Below are positions 10,372 to 19,283 of a DNA stretch of 64,000 nt, one piece after another. The notes beneath the pieces are model-generated. The model saw nothing but the letters and a program-made list of their open reading frames with translations. It made no database searches and had not been told where the DNA came from. Position 1 is the stretch's first letter; each line of letters opens with the position of its first letter. Origin of the DNA: Ignavibacteriales bacterium (GTDB taxonomy: Bacteria; Bacteroidota; Ignavibacteria; UBA10030; UBA6906). The stretch spans positions 141,919-205,918 of the forward strand of contig JBBIRR010000001.1 of the NCBI GenBank assembly GCA_037441705.1, written 5' to 3'. A program made the translations under genes and the position numbers.

Positions 10372-10683
10372 TTGACCAAAGCCGATATTGTTGATCGCAT
10401 CGCTACGGGAACGGGCCTGACGAAAGTCGACACCGAGGCCGTCGTGGACGGGTTCATCCTCACCGTCATTGAAGCAATGAAGGAAGGAAAGAATATCGAG
10501 ATACGCGGGTTTGGAAGCTTCAAGGTGAAGAAACGCAAAGGACGCATCGCCCGCAACCCGCGCACGGGCGAACAGGTGATGGTGGATGAACATTGGGTCC
10601 CAATCTTCAAAGTCTCTAAAGAAGTGAAACAGGCGGTGAACGAGAACCTGCAGAAAACCGCCCAACAGCAACCGGAGTCGTAA
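10372..10683 (+). CDS. hup: HU/IHF-family DNA-binding protein
   Basis: LTKADIVDRIA...GFGSFKVKKRKGRIARNPRTGEQV is the canonical HU arm. TTG start at 10372 with AGGAGGA 6 nt upstream; the long in-frame upstream ORF (10222-) is rejected. Confidence 0.8.
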   Translation: MTKADIVDRIATGTGLTKVDTEAVVDGFILTVIEAMKEGKNIEIRGFGSFKVKKRKGRIARNPRTGEQVMVDEHWVPIFKVSKEVKQAVNENLQKTAQQQPES

Positions 10684-10699
10684 GAGGAGAACGGGCGAG

Positions 10700-11608
10700 A
10701 TGGCGACGGCGAAGCTTGTGTGCAGCGAGTGCGGAAACGAACTTTCCCGCGGCGATAGATTTTGCCCTAAGTGCGGCGCGCGCATTGACGACGGCACGCC
10801 GCAGCCGAAGAGCACCGCTGCATCTCTCACGTGCGAAATTTGCGGCCACATCAATACGCACACCGGAGCCTACTGCGAAGCCTGCGGCGCCAAACTTCCG
10901 GGCAGAACGTTTGGCGAACCGGCACCTGTAGAAAAATCGCCCGCCTCGACGTCACAGAAAAAGAAGGCAATATCACGAAACGCCCAACCGTTCCGATTTC
11001 AACCCTGGCATTACGCGGCGGGAGTGTTCGTGATCGCGCTGCTCGGCTATTTCATCTATCTCGAGCTTCAGCGCGACACAGGAGAACACATCCATACCGG
11101 CATGCAAGTCCCAGCCACACAGGGTTCCTCGTCACAGCCGCCAAAAGAAATCCTTGACGCGATCGAACGCCTCGAGACCCAGGTCAGAGACAACCCGACG
11201 AGCGACGGAGCGAAATTGCTGCTTGCCAACGCATTGCACGACGCCGGCATGCACGACCCCCGGATGTTACCGCGCGCCATCGACGCGTACAAGGAGTACC
11301 TGAAGAAAAAACCCGACGATCCCAACGCCCGCGTAGACCTCGGCATCTGCTACTTTGAGCTTGGCAAACTCGACACCACGCGCAAGGGCTCACTCTTCTC
11401 CATGGCTATCAGAGAAATGGAGAGCGCGATGAAGATGTCGCCGACGCATCAACCCGGGGCGTTCAATTTGGGCATTGTCTACCTCTATGCGGGCAACGTG
11501 AAGGAATCCAACAGGTGGTTCAAGAAGGCGATTGACTTGAATCCCGAATCGGATTTGGGGAAGAGGGCGAAAGATATTCTCGACCAACATGCACAAGCAG
11601 GTCTCTAA
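10700..11608 (+). CDS. Double zinc-ribbon, single-TM, TPR-repeat protein
   Basis: Two CxxC...CxxCG ribbons (CSECGN..CPKCG; CEICGH..CEACG), one hydrophobic helix, then TPR-like repeats (AIDAYKEYLKKKPDDPNARVDLGICYFELGK...). GAGGAG RBS upstream. Confidence 0.7.
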   Translation: MATAKLVCSECGNELSRGDRFCPKCGARIDDGTPQPKSTAASLTCEICGHINTHTGAYCEACGAKLPGRTFGEPAPVEKSPASTSQKKKAISRNAQPFRFQPWHYAAGVFVIALLGYFIYLELQRDTGEHIHTGMQVPATQGSSSQPPKEILDAIERLETQVRDNPTSDGAKLLLANALHDAGMHDPRMLPRAIDAYKEYLKKKPDDPNARVDLGICYFELGKLDTTRKGSLFSMAIREMESAMKMSPTHQPGAFNLGIVYLYAGNVKESNRWFKKAIDLNPESDLGKRAKDILDQHAQAGL

Positions 11609-11646
11609 CCTCATCCAACCACCCATCTCGAAGGAAAGGAGGTAGC

Positions 11647-11742
11647 ATGCCCAGCGGCAAGAAGCGCAAGCGCCACAAAATGGCAACGCACAAGCGCAAG
11701 AAGCGCCTGCGCAAGATGCGCCACAAGAAGAAGAACCGATAA
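11647..11742 (+). CDS. 31-aa highly basic peptide, putative ribosomal protein bS22 (DUF1713-like)
   Basis: Not in the ORF track because it is under 60 aa. ATG with AGGAGG 6 nt upstream. Product MPSGKKRKRHKMATHKRKKRLRKMRHKKKNR resembles mycobacterial bS22 as I remember it (…[20 protein letters not shown]…). Followed by a strong terminator hairpin. Confidence 0.5.
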   Translation: MPSGKKRKRHKMATHKRKKRLRKMRHKKKNR

Positions 11743-11751
11743 GCCATACAC

Positions 11752-11776
11752 GAATCCCGCCTCGCAGGCGGGATTC
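11752..11776. terminator. Bidirectional terminator hairpin between the bS22-like gene and lon
   Basis: 10-bp perfect stem GAATCCCGCC/GGCGGGATTC with 5-nt loop, located between convergent stops at 11742 and 11783. Confidence 0.55.
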
Positions 11777-11782
11777 GCATGT

Positions 11783-14173
11783 TCAGTTCACGGCTACCGG
11801 ATCGAGCTGCAACTCGGCAATCTTCAACTTCTCCGACTCCTCGGCGGAGCGGAGCGCGAGCTTTAGCACATCGCCCATCTCCTTCACGAAGTGGAATGTC
11901 ATCCCTTCGATGGCAGGCTTCGGCACTTCGTCCAGGTCGAGCTTGTTGCGCTCGGGAAGGATGACGGTCTTGATGCCTGCGCGGTGAGCGGCGATCACCT
12001 TCTCCTTCACGCCGCCGATGGGCAGCACGGCACCGCGCAGCGTGATTTCGCCCGTCATCGCAAGGTCGTTGCGCACGAGGCGGCCGGTGAGCAGCGAGGT
12101 GAGCGCCGTGAGCATGGCAACGCCCGCCGAAGGCCCATCCTTAGGAATTGCGCCCGCCGGCACGTGCACGTGAATGTCTAACTCCGAGCGGAAGTTCTCG
12201 TCAAGGCCAAGCTCCTTTGCATGCGAGGCAATGAAGCTCAGCGCCGCCTGCGCGGATTCTTTCATCACATCCCCAAGTTGACCCGTAAGCGTGAGGTTTC
12301 CCTTCCCCTTCATCTTCGTCGCTTCGATGAAGAGAATATCGCCGCCTATGGGCGTCCACGCAAGACCAACGGCGATGCCGGGACGATTGATGCGCTCGGC
12401 AACATCCGGGAAAAACTTCTGTTGACCCAAGTACTTCGTAAGATTGTCTTTCTTGATCGTTGCTTTCTGGATCTCTCCTTCTGCCACATCTCTGGCAACG
12501 CCGCGGCAAATGCTCGCAATCTGCCGCTCGAGGTTGCGTACGCCCGCCTCTCGTGTGTAACCGGAAATGATGTGCCGGATCGCCTCGTCGTCAATCTCCA
12601 CCTGCTCGGATTGCAAACCGTGTTCGCGCAACTGCTTCGGCAGCAGGAAGCGGCGCGCAATGTGCAGCTTCTCATCCTCGACGTAGCTCGGAATTTCGAT
12701 AATCTCCATTCGGTCGCGCAGCGCGGGTGGTACCGGTTCGATCATATTCGCCGTGGCGATGAACATCACCTTCGAGAGATCGAAAGGAATCTCGAGGTAG
12801 TGATCGCTGAAGGTGGAGTTTTGCTCAGGGTCGAGAACCTCCAGCAGCGCCGCAGCCGGGTCGCCGCGAAAATCGGCGCCGACTTTGTCAATCTCGTCGA
12901 GCATGAAGACGGGATTGTTGGAGCCGGCTTTGCGCATGCCCTGGATGATGCGCCCGGGCAGCGCGCCGATGTACGTGCGCCGGTGCCCGCGGATCTCCGC
13001 TTCGTCATGCACGCCGCCGAGCGAGATGCGGACGAACTTCCTGCCGAGCGCGTTGGCGATGGAACGCCCCAGCGACGTCTTGCCGACGCCGGGAGGCCCG
13101 ACAAACACCATGATGGGACCGCGCATGTCGTTCTTCAGCTTGCGAACGGCAAGATATTCCAGGATTCGCTTCTTCACTTTATCGAGGCCGTAATGATCTT
13201 GCTCGAGAACCTCTCGCGCCTTTTTGATATCGAGATTGTCCTCGGTGCTGACGCTCCACGGTAAGTCGAGGATCCAGTCGAGATACGTTCGGCTGACGGT
13301 GTATTCGGCCGACGCCTGGTTCATCTGCGAGAGACGCTTCAGTTCCTTCTCGGCAACCTTGAGCGCTTCTTCGGGAAGTTTGGCCGCTTCGATACGCTTG
13401 CGCAGTTCGTTCAACTCAAGGTTCTCGTCGTCTTCGCCCAACTCCCTCTTGATGGCTTTCATCTGCTCGCGCAGGTAGTACTCACGCTGCGTCTTGTTGA
13501 TGCCATCCTGGACCTCCGATTGAATCTTACTGCCCAGCTCCAACTTCTGAACGAGTTTGGTCAGCACAACGGTCACCTGTTCCAGCTTCTTCCTGAGGTC
13601 GAATGATTCCAGAACCTGCTGTTTCTCCTCGACCGAAACCGGAACGAGAGACGTCGCAAGGTCGGCCACCGCCGACGGTTCGTCGGTATTCAGGATGATG
13701 GTCAGGTGTTCTTCCGTAAGGTTCGGAGACAGCTCCACCGCTCTCTTGAAGAGATTCTTGATGGTCGTGGTCATCGCCTCGATCTCGATGCCGGTCTCCG
13801 TCGTTTCATCCACCGTGCGAACGACCGCTTTGATGTACGGATCACTGTGAAGGATGGAAAGGAGCTGCACCCGTTCCAGACCCTGTGTCAGAACGCTCCG
13901 GGTTCCATCCGGCAGCGTGAATTGTTTCAACACTTTTGCCAGCGTGCCCACCCAATAGATGTCCTTTTCCGTCGGATGTTCGATGCTGCCGTCGGTTTGT
14001 GCCACAACAACAATAAGGCCCTCTTCCTTGAGCGATTCATCGATCACCCGTATGCTGCTCTCTCGTCCGATGGAGAGGGGCATCATCTGACGTGGGAAAA
14101 ACACGGAGTTGCGCAATGGCAGCACCGGTAATGCCTGGGGAACTTTCGCTTTCTTCATCTTTCGACCTTTCAT
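11783..14173 (-). CDS. lon: ATP-dependent protease La (Lon)
   Basis: Lon N-domain ([13 protein letters not shown]). AAA+ Walker [10 protein letters not shown]. Catalytic serine in [18 protein letters not shown]. The alternative start at 14158 (MKKAK) cannot be excluded. Confidence 0.9.
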   Translation of the reverse strand: MKGRKMKKAKVPQALPVLPLRNSVFFPRQMMPLSIGRESSIRVIDESLKEEGLIVVVAQTDGSIEHPTEKDIYWVGTLAKVLKQFTLPDGTRSVLTQGLERVQLLSILHSDPYIKAVVRTVDETTETGIEIEAMTTTIKNLFKRAVELSPNLTEEHLTIILNTDEPSAVADLATSLVPVSVEEKQQVLESFDLRKKLEQVTVVLTKLVQKLELGSKIQSEVQDGINKTQREYYLREQMKAIKRELGEDDENLELNELRKRIEAAKLPEEALKVAEKELKRLSQMNQASAEYTVSRTYLDWILDLPWSVSTEDNLDIKKAREVLEQDHYGLDKVKKRILEYLAVRKLKNDMRGPIMVFVGPPGVGKTSLGRSIANALGRKFVRISLGGVHDEAEIRGHRRTYIGALPGRIIQGMRKAGSNNPVFMLDEIDKVGADFRGDPAAALLEVLDPEQNSTFSDHYLEIPFDLSKVMFIATANMIEPVPPALRDRMEIIEIPSYVEDEKLHIARRFLLPKQLREHGLQSEQVEIDDEAIRHIISGYTREAGVRNLERQIASICRGVARDVAEGEIQKATIKKDNLTKYLGQQKFFPDVAERINRPGIAVGLAWTPIGGDILFIEATKMKGKGNLTLTGQLGDVMKESAQAALSFIASHAKELGLDENFRSELDIHVHVPAGAIPKDGPSAGVAMLTALTSLLTGRLVRNDLAMTGEITLRGAVLPIGGVKEKVIAAHRAGIKTVILPERNKLDLDEVPKPAIEGMTFHFVKEMGDVLKLALRSAEESEKLKIAELQLDPVAVN

Positions 14174-14251
14174 ACGCTGTGTGTGCCCAACATGGTAAAC
14201 GTCCGCCGCGTGTGATTCGTTCGCGCAGCGAGCGCCTGCGAGAATTCCGCT

Positions 14252-14297
14252 AAAAGAAAAATGGGAGCCGAACAGGTCCCACCACCTGCCAGCTCCC
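14252..14297 (-). terminator. Intrinsic terminator of the hsp20 operon
   Basis: On the minus-strand transcript, GGGAGC-23 nt-GCTCCC is followed by AUUUUUCUUUU directly downstream of the last hsp20 stop. A second hairpin CGTGAA..TTCACG precedes it. Confidence 0.5.
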
Positions 14298-14333
14298 GTT
14301 TCGGCGTGAACCCGGATGCAGCAGGATTCACGT

Positions 14334-14804
14334 TTACTTCACTTTCACTTCGATCTGCTTCCGCTTTGCCTCTTCAGCCTTGGGCATGGTAATGGTCAGG
14401 ACGCCGTCGCGAAACTCGGCCTCGACCTTGTCCTGCCGTACTGAAGTCGGCAGCGTGAAGGATCGCTGGAACGACCCGTAGCTGCGCTCGAGGCGGTGGT
14501 AGTTCGAGTCTTTCGACTCTCTCTCCTCCTTCTTCTCGCCGCGGATGGTGAGAATGTTGTCGTGGAGGGTGACCTTCACGTCGTCTTTGTGGACGCCGGG
14601 AAGTTCGACCTTTGCAACGAACTCATCATCCTTCTCGAGAAGATCGACAGCGGGCATCCAGGTCGAGGGGAACAGGTCGCCCTCATCCAGAACGCCGCCG
14701 CGGAAGAAGCGATCGAACATGCGATTGATCTCCTGCTGCATGCTCAAGATGCTCGAAGGGATCGTCGCAAGTTCACGCACGGGATTCCAACGTACTAACG
14801 ACAT
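14334..14804 (-). CDS. Hsp20/alpha-crystallin small heat-shock protein (paralog 1)
   Basis: Alpha-crystallin domain (AVDLLEKDDEFVAKVELPGV...GVLTITMPK). ATG 14804 is 8 nt after AGGAGG; the GTG at 14813 overlaps the SD and is rejected. Confidence 0.85.
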   Translation of the reverse strand: MSLVRWNPVRELATIPSSILSMQQEINRMFDRFFRGGVLDEGDLFPSTWMPAVDLLEKDDEFVAKVELPGVHKDDVKVTLHDNILTIRGEKKEERESKDSNYHRLERSYGSFQRSFTLPTSVRQDKVEAEFRDGVLTITMPKAEEAKRKQIEVKVK

Positions 14805-14834
14805 TGTCAACACCTCCTTTGGTGAACGAATGAG

Positions 14835-15233
14835 TTAGCGAATCTGGATTGTTCTGGGTTTTACTTCTTCTTTCTTCAAGAGTTTGATCGTCAACACTCC
14901 GTCGCTGTAGTGTGCCTCGACGCTGTCGCGGTCGATACCATCGGTCAGGTTGAAGACCCGCTCGTAGGTCCCTCCGCGAATCTCGTGGTGCAGCACTTTG
15001 GCGTGTTCATCGCGCGTGCTGTCCACCGTTCCACGAATCGTGAGCGTTGACCTGTCCATGCTGAGCGAGATGGATTCCTTGGTTGCCCCGGGAATATCCA
15101 GCATCAGCACGTACGCGTCATCCGTTTCGTAGATATCGGCCGGCGGAGTGACCGTTGCAGCCGCGCGAGGCTTGCTGATCAGCGACTGCTCTCGTTCGCG
15201 CTTCATGAGTGCGGCATTGTCTCTGCTTGCCAT
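14835..15233 (-). CDS. Hsp20/alpha-crystallin small heat-shock protein (paralog 2)
   Basis: ADIYETDDAYVLMLDIPG...GVLTIKLLK alpha-crystallin domain. AAAGGAG RBS upstream. Confidence 0.85.
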   Translation of the reverse strand: MASRDNAALMKREREQSLISKPRAAATVTPPADIYETDDAYVLMLDIPGATKESISLSMDRSTLTIRGTVDSTRDEHAKVLHHEIRGGTYERVFNLTDGIDRDSVEAHYSDGVLTIKLLKKEEVKPRTIQIR

Positions 15234-15263
15234 AGTGCTTCACTCCTTTCTCGTCGGCATGCT

Positions 15264-15710
15264 TCAGTTAATCTTGATTTCGCGAGGCTTCACTTCGTCT
15301 GCCTTGGGAAGCAGGATGTGAAGAAGCCCGTTCTGCAGCTCGGCCGTGATGCCGTCGACCTTCACGCCGGCGGGCAGCGCAATCGAACGAGTGAAATCGC
15401 CGCGTTGAATCTCGTTGCGCAACCACCGCGCGTTCTCCGGCACACCGTTCTGCTTGCGCGTGCCGCTGATGGTCAGCACATCATTTTCCAGCGACAGCTT
15501 CACATCCTCTTTCCGTACACCGGGCATCTCCGCAACCACCACGAACTCATTGTCCTTCTCAACAACATTGATCGCCGGTGCATACCCTTCGTCCGTTACC
15601 GCCTCACGGGAAAAGAAATTGCTGAAGATGCGGTCCACTTCCCGCTCGAAGTCCGCAATCTCTTTCCACAACGTGTTCATAGCCGGGGAATGACGAACCT
15701 GGACGAACAT
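15264..15710 (-). CDS. Hsp20/alpha-crystallin small heat-shock protein (paralog 3)
   Basis: INVVEKDNEFVVVAEMPGV...GLLHILLPK. ATG 15710 is 6 nt after AGGAGGT; the first ATG (15728) overlaps the SD. Confidence 0.85.
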   Translation of the reverse strand: MFVQVRHSPAMNTLWKEIADFEREVDRIFSNFFSREAVTDEGYAPAINVVEKDNEFVVVAEMPGVRKEDVKLSLENDVLTISGTRKQNGVPENARWLRNEIQRGDFTRSIALPAGVKVDGITAELQNGLLHILLPKADEVKPREIKIN

Positions 15711-16005
15711 ACCTGAACCTCCTTTCATGTATCTGTATGAACTTGTTCTTGAATTTCCATCCGCTCAGGTGTGCTTCAACCGACATGCCACTTGCGAGCC
15801 GTGTTGAATTTCAAGGGAATTTGTGCGGCAAGAGATGAGTACAGCTACGAACGAGTCAGAACGTCAGAAGGTTGGTGCAATGATTTCAGTAGCGAAGTGC
15901 AAGCGTGGCGGATACTGGTGTCAAATCGGCAAAGGGGGTAAAAACACGAACGGGCACCGCAGCCTGCGCCGAATGCCCGTTCGATTGTTGTGCAGTTCCG
16001 TTCAA

Positions 16006-16827
16006 CTACTTCTCGGCATGCACCCCCGGGCGAAGCGAGAGAGTGAATGCAACAGTGGCCACACTGCCTGCCGTGACAACAACTTCCTGACGCTCTTCGT
16101 ACGGGGCTTCATAGTAATAGGTCGTCACCTTCCCTTTCTGAGTCTCTGTCTTTGTCACCGCCACTCCCTCATGCCACATCTTGACTGTGTACTTGCCGGG
16201 GGGAACATCCGTCAGTTCAAAGCGGCCGTGTGCGTCGGTGACTGCATAGTACGGATGCTCAGCAACCACGACGTATGCGCTCATCCATGGATGCCCTGCA
16301 TCGCAGGTCGCGTGGTACGCTCCCGATTCGGAGAAGCTTCCAGCCTTCACCGAAAAACGAACGCCTTTGATGGGCTGGGCGATGTTAAAGATTGTGCGCG
16401 GGTCGCTGCCCGGTGCATACGAATGAACGTTGTGCAGCACGGCGTCGCTGTTCACGATGTCAAGCTCCGCGCCCAGGGGCAGAAGCAGAATGTGCGGTAC
16501 GTACTCACACGATCGCTGATCGAGAACGTACTTCCGATTCTGCGCGAATGGTTTTCCGCGCGTTATTCCTTCCAGCGATACGACCGTGTTCGCAACGCCG
16601 CCGCGGGCACCCAGGGCGAGCCTCGGCGACACCTTGCTTGTTCCGCACCAGTCGGGGTCCTTCCCTGTAGCAAACAGAACCGGCTTCGGCGCGGGACCCG
16701 AAATCCGTACCACACCCGTGATCGTCCCGCCGTATTTCACGTCAACAGCCCGGTAGGGCGTTGTCGCAAACACATGCGAGCCCACAGCGGCGACGATTGC
16801 GCCCAACATGACCCAGCTTCGCGTCAT
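16006..16827 (-). CDS. Secreted protein with putative type-1-copper (cupredoxin-like) ligand set and C-terminal CarbopepD_reg-like domain
   Basis: Signal peptide MTRSWVMLGAIVAAVGSHVFA. An upstream His (HNVHSY) is followed by C-x3-H-x2-M (CDAGHPWM), which resembles a blue-copper site. C-terminus GRFELTDVPPGKYTVKMWHEG. Immediately follows a c-type cytochrome gene. Confidence 0.45.
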   Translation of the reverse strand: MTRSWVMLGAIVAAVGSHVFATTPYRAVDVKYGGTITGVVRISGPAPKPVLFATGKDPDWCGTSKVSPRLALGARGGVANTVVSLEGITRGKPFAQNRKYVLDQRSCEYVPHILLLPLGAELDIVNSDAVLHNVHSYAPGSDPRTIFNIAQPIKGVRFSVKAGSFSESGAYHATCDAGHPWMSAYVVVAEHPYYAVTDAHGRFELTDVPPGKYTVKMWHEGVAVTKTETQKGKVTTYYYEAPYEERQEVVVTAGSVATVAFTLSLRPGVHAEK

Positions 16828-16867
16828 AACGTCCCTTCTCTTTCGCGTTCTTGTGATGATGGAATAA

Positions 16868-17437
16868 CTACTGACCTTTCGGCGGAATCGGTTCCGGTAC
16901 CGCATTCTTCACCGGCGGCAGCGACTTGAGATACGCGAAGATCGCCTTCAAGTCGGCATCGTCGAGCTTGGCAAAATTCTCCCAGGGCATCGGGGGAAGA
17001 ATCGGTCGCCCCTCGCCCATGTGCTTGCCCGTTCGAAGCGCCTTGACGAACATTGCTTCCGTCCAACTGCCGAGGCCGGTCTCAACATCAGGCGTGAGGT
17101 TCGCGGCAAAGCTGATGCCCCACGGTCCGCCCCACGTGCTCAGATGCGCGTTCGTAACTGCACCCCACTTGTCGGGACCCATGCCGACTGCATCCGGGAT
17201 CGGAAGAACCTGATCGTGCGCGGGCGCGCCGGAAAGAATCCGCGTCTCATCCAATTCCATTCCTTTCGGTCCAAACTTCTTCGGAGTGTGGCAGTCGTTA
17301 CAGCCGCCGAGATTTACCAGATACTTGCCGCGCTCGATGAGCTTGCCGGCCGCAGCGGATTTCTTCTGGGCATCGGCCTGCCCCAGCATTAGCCCTCCAA
17401 ACATCACTCCTACGGCAAGGACTCGCAGAGTTTGCAT
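16868..17437 (-). CDS. c-type cytochrome (single CxxCH haem site)
   Basis: Signal peptide, CNDCH haem-binding motif, and a Met-rich distal region (GKHMGEGRPILPPMPW). Confidence 0.7.
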   Translation of the reverse strand: MQTLRVLAVGVMFGGLMLGQADAQKKSAAAGKLIERGKYLVNLGGCNDCHTPKKFGPKGMELDETRILSGAPAHDQVLPIPDAVGMGPDKWGAVTNAHLSTWGGPWGISFAANLTPDVETGLGSWTEAMFVKALRTGKHMGEGRPILPPMPWENFAKLDDADLKAIFAYLKSLPPVKNAVPEPIPPKGQ

Positions 17438-17955
17438 TCATGTCTCCTTGATATGTGTGTATGATGAGTTGATTGGGTAGTTAGGTTTGGTCGAACTTCA
17501 TACGAAGTATCATTCAAAACGGATGTCTTTCGGCACGAAAGCTCCAGCAGCGAGCGCGCCATGGCTTCGAGCACGACGCCATAGCCCATGAGCAGAAGGC
17601 CAAACACCGTGATTGCCAGCGGGATATATTCGCCCAATGCTGCTGCCTCTTCCCGAATGGCCGAAGGCAGCATCGGAATCAACACGACAAACACCATCAA
17701 ACCGAACGATCCGCCTGTTGCGTTCAGCGACCGGGGCAGATAACGCTGGAGCAGCGGAAACACCACGCCGCCGGCCACACCAATGGACGTCGAGAAAACG
17801 AGCGCGGCAAGTGTTCCCTCGATGCTGAACGTCAGCTCGTGGCCGCTCATCAATGCGATGAATTTCATTGCGGCGCGTCCTCCGACACCGATGAAGAGAA
17901 ATGCCGAGAGAATGCCTGCTACAACCGATGCTGTCACGACGCGAATCGTTCTCAT
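17410..17955 (-). CDS. Hypothetical polytopic membrane protein
   Basis: About 4 predicted TM helices. The C-terminal 40 aa are non-hydrophobic and overlap the cytochrome c start by 28 nt, so the true stop is uncertain. Confidence 0.35.
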   Translation of the reverse strand: MRTIRVVTASVVAGILSAFLFIGVGGRAAMKFIALMSGHELTFSIEGTLAALVFSTSIGVAGGVVFPLLQRYLPRSLNATGGSFGLMVFVVLIPMLPSAIREEAAALGEYIPLAITVFGLLLMGYGVVLEAMARSLLELSCRKTSVLNDTSYEVRPNLTTQSTHHTHISRRHECKLCESLP

Positions 17956-18227
17956 CGCATAAACCCATCACATGGTGAACATACGGCGGGGCTTGCACAT
18001 CATCAGCCCCGAGGATTTGAACGGGCATAATCTACTTCAAATCCGTTCGCCGCAACACCGCATGTGGATGTAGGAAGAGTAGGTCGTCCTGCGGCTCGCC
18101 TCCTCCTACGAAGAAGGAAAAGTGATTTCCCCCGCATAAGGATGTGGGTCGAGTGAATTGCGCGACGGGAAGATCATGCAACAGGCGTGGTACCACCACC
18201 AGCTGCGTGACCGCAGTCCGACACCCA

Positions 18228-18866
18228 CTAAATCTCTCCGCGAAGCGACTTGCTGATCACTTCCGCTTTGGAGTTGACGTGGAGCTTCTTGTAGATGTTC
18301 TTGATGTGAAAGCGGATGGTGTCAATCGAAATGTTCATTCTGTCGGCGAGCATCTTGTAGCTCAGTCCGTCCACGAGACCGATGACGATTTCTTTTTCTT
18401 TGGGTGTGAGGACGGATTCAGGAGTTCTTTGCTCGACGGTGGATGGGGTGCTGAAATGTTCCATCACCTTGCGCGCGATTTCGGGTGACATCACCGAGCC
18501 GCCGGCACGTACTGTTTCAATCGCCTTCTTGATTTCGCCCAGGGGGGTGTTTTTCAGGAGATACCCGGATGCGCCGGCACGCAGTGAATCGAAGATCTTC
18601 TGCCAATCATTGTACACCGTCAGCATGATGATGTCGACATCGGGATGCTGTTCTTTGATGAGCCGCATGCCGTCGATTCCCGACATGCCCGGCAAGCCGA
18701 TGTCGCTGAGAATCACATCAGGAAACTCGGTCTGTCTCGCTTTCGCAAGAAACTCCTCGACCGATTCCGCCGCGATCTCACACAAAACATCCTTCTGGTG
18801 ACTCAGATACTTCTGAATCCCCAGCCGAATGTCCTTATCATCTTCAACGATGCCGACGGTAATCAT
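18228..18866 (-). CDS. NarL/FixJ (LuxR-family HTH) response regulator, orphan
   Basis: REC domain (IVEDDKDIRLG...DVILSDIGLPGMSG...LTVY) with phospho-acceptor Asp, and a C-terminal LuxR HTH (LTPKEKEIVIGLVDGLSYKMLADRMNISIDTIRFHIKNIYKKL). ATG 18866 preferred over the TTG at 18881. Confidence 0.8.
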   Translation of the reverse strand: MITVGIVEDDKDIRLGIQKYLSHQKDVLCEIAAESVEEFLAKARQTEFPDVILSDIGLPGMSGIDGMRLIKEQHPDVDIIMLTVYNDWQKIFDSLRAGASGYLLKNTPLGEIKKAIETVRAGGSVMSPEIARKVMEHFSTPSTVEQRTPESVLTPKEKEIVIGLVDGLSYKMLADRMNISIDTIRFHIKNIYKKLHVNSKAEVISKSLRGEI

Positions 18867-18981
18867 GGGGCAATAAGCCAAGAAGCCTGCACAAGGTGAA
18901 CCACATATTCATGTGGGGACACTGAGGCACTGCATTCTCAACCGAGGGGACTGCTTGATCGCCTCTCGACCCAAAAACAGA

Positions 18982-19127
18982 ACGGAGGCTGACCAAAAAG
19001 TAGTATTACGTCATTCTGAGCCTCGTTTCTCAGAGGCGAAGAATCCAGAACCGAGCCATTTACTGGATTCTTCACTCCGCTTCGCTACGTTCAGAATGAC
19101 AATGGTTACTTTTTGTACAGCCTCCGT
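18982..19127. repeat. Nested inverted-repeat element abutting tRNA-Pro
   Basis: Outer imperfect 37-bp inverted arms (18982-19018 vs 19091-19127, about 31/38 match). Inner perfect 11-bp inverted repeat GAAGAATCCAG/CTGGATTCTTC (19038-19048, 19063-19073). Additional small hairpin TCTGAG..CTCAGA. Confidence 0.6.
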
Positions 19128-19133
19128 CGCCTG

Positions 19134-19207
19134 TCGGAGCGGCGGGATTTGAACCCACGACCCCTTGCACCCCAAGCAAGTGCGCTACCGGGCTGCGCCA
19201 CGCTCCG
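19134..19207 (-). tRNA. tRNA-Pro (anticodon GGG)
   Basis: Hand-folded cloverleaf: acceptor CGGAGCG/CGCTCCG, D-stem GCGC/GCGC, anticodon stem CTTGC/GCAAG with loop TTGGGGT, T-arm GTGGG-TTCAAAT-CCCGC, discriminator A. CCA is not encoded. Confidence 0.8.
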
Positions 19208-19283
19208 AAGTTTCAAACTGCATCCCCAAGATACGAAACGCTGCCAACGAGTGCAAGCACACGGCTGATTTCGTTCGTTATGG

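Noticed and set aside
12221-13264. 347-aa plus-strand ORF
   Set aside because: Antisense to Lon. I also rejected 8321-9235 opposite prfC, 5392-6561 opposite tex, 23106-24143, 35232-36281, 39307-40197, 43495-44421, 46176-47189, 48462-49298, 49425-50192, 54251-54982, 56781-57791 and 61180-61959 on the same grounds.
14174-15822. Searched for CIRCE (TTAGCACTC-N9-GAGTGCTAA) upstream of lon and the hsp20 genes
   Set aside because: No match found. Only the TTGAATTTC motif pair was seen.
15823-16929. 368-aa plus-strand ORF
   Set aside because: Entirely antisense to the well-supported cytochrome c and cupredoxin-like genes. Arg/Cys-rich low-complexity translation with no motif. Typical high-GC shadow ORF.
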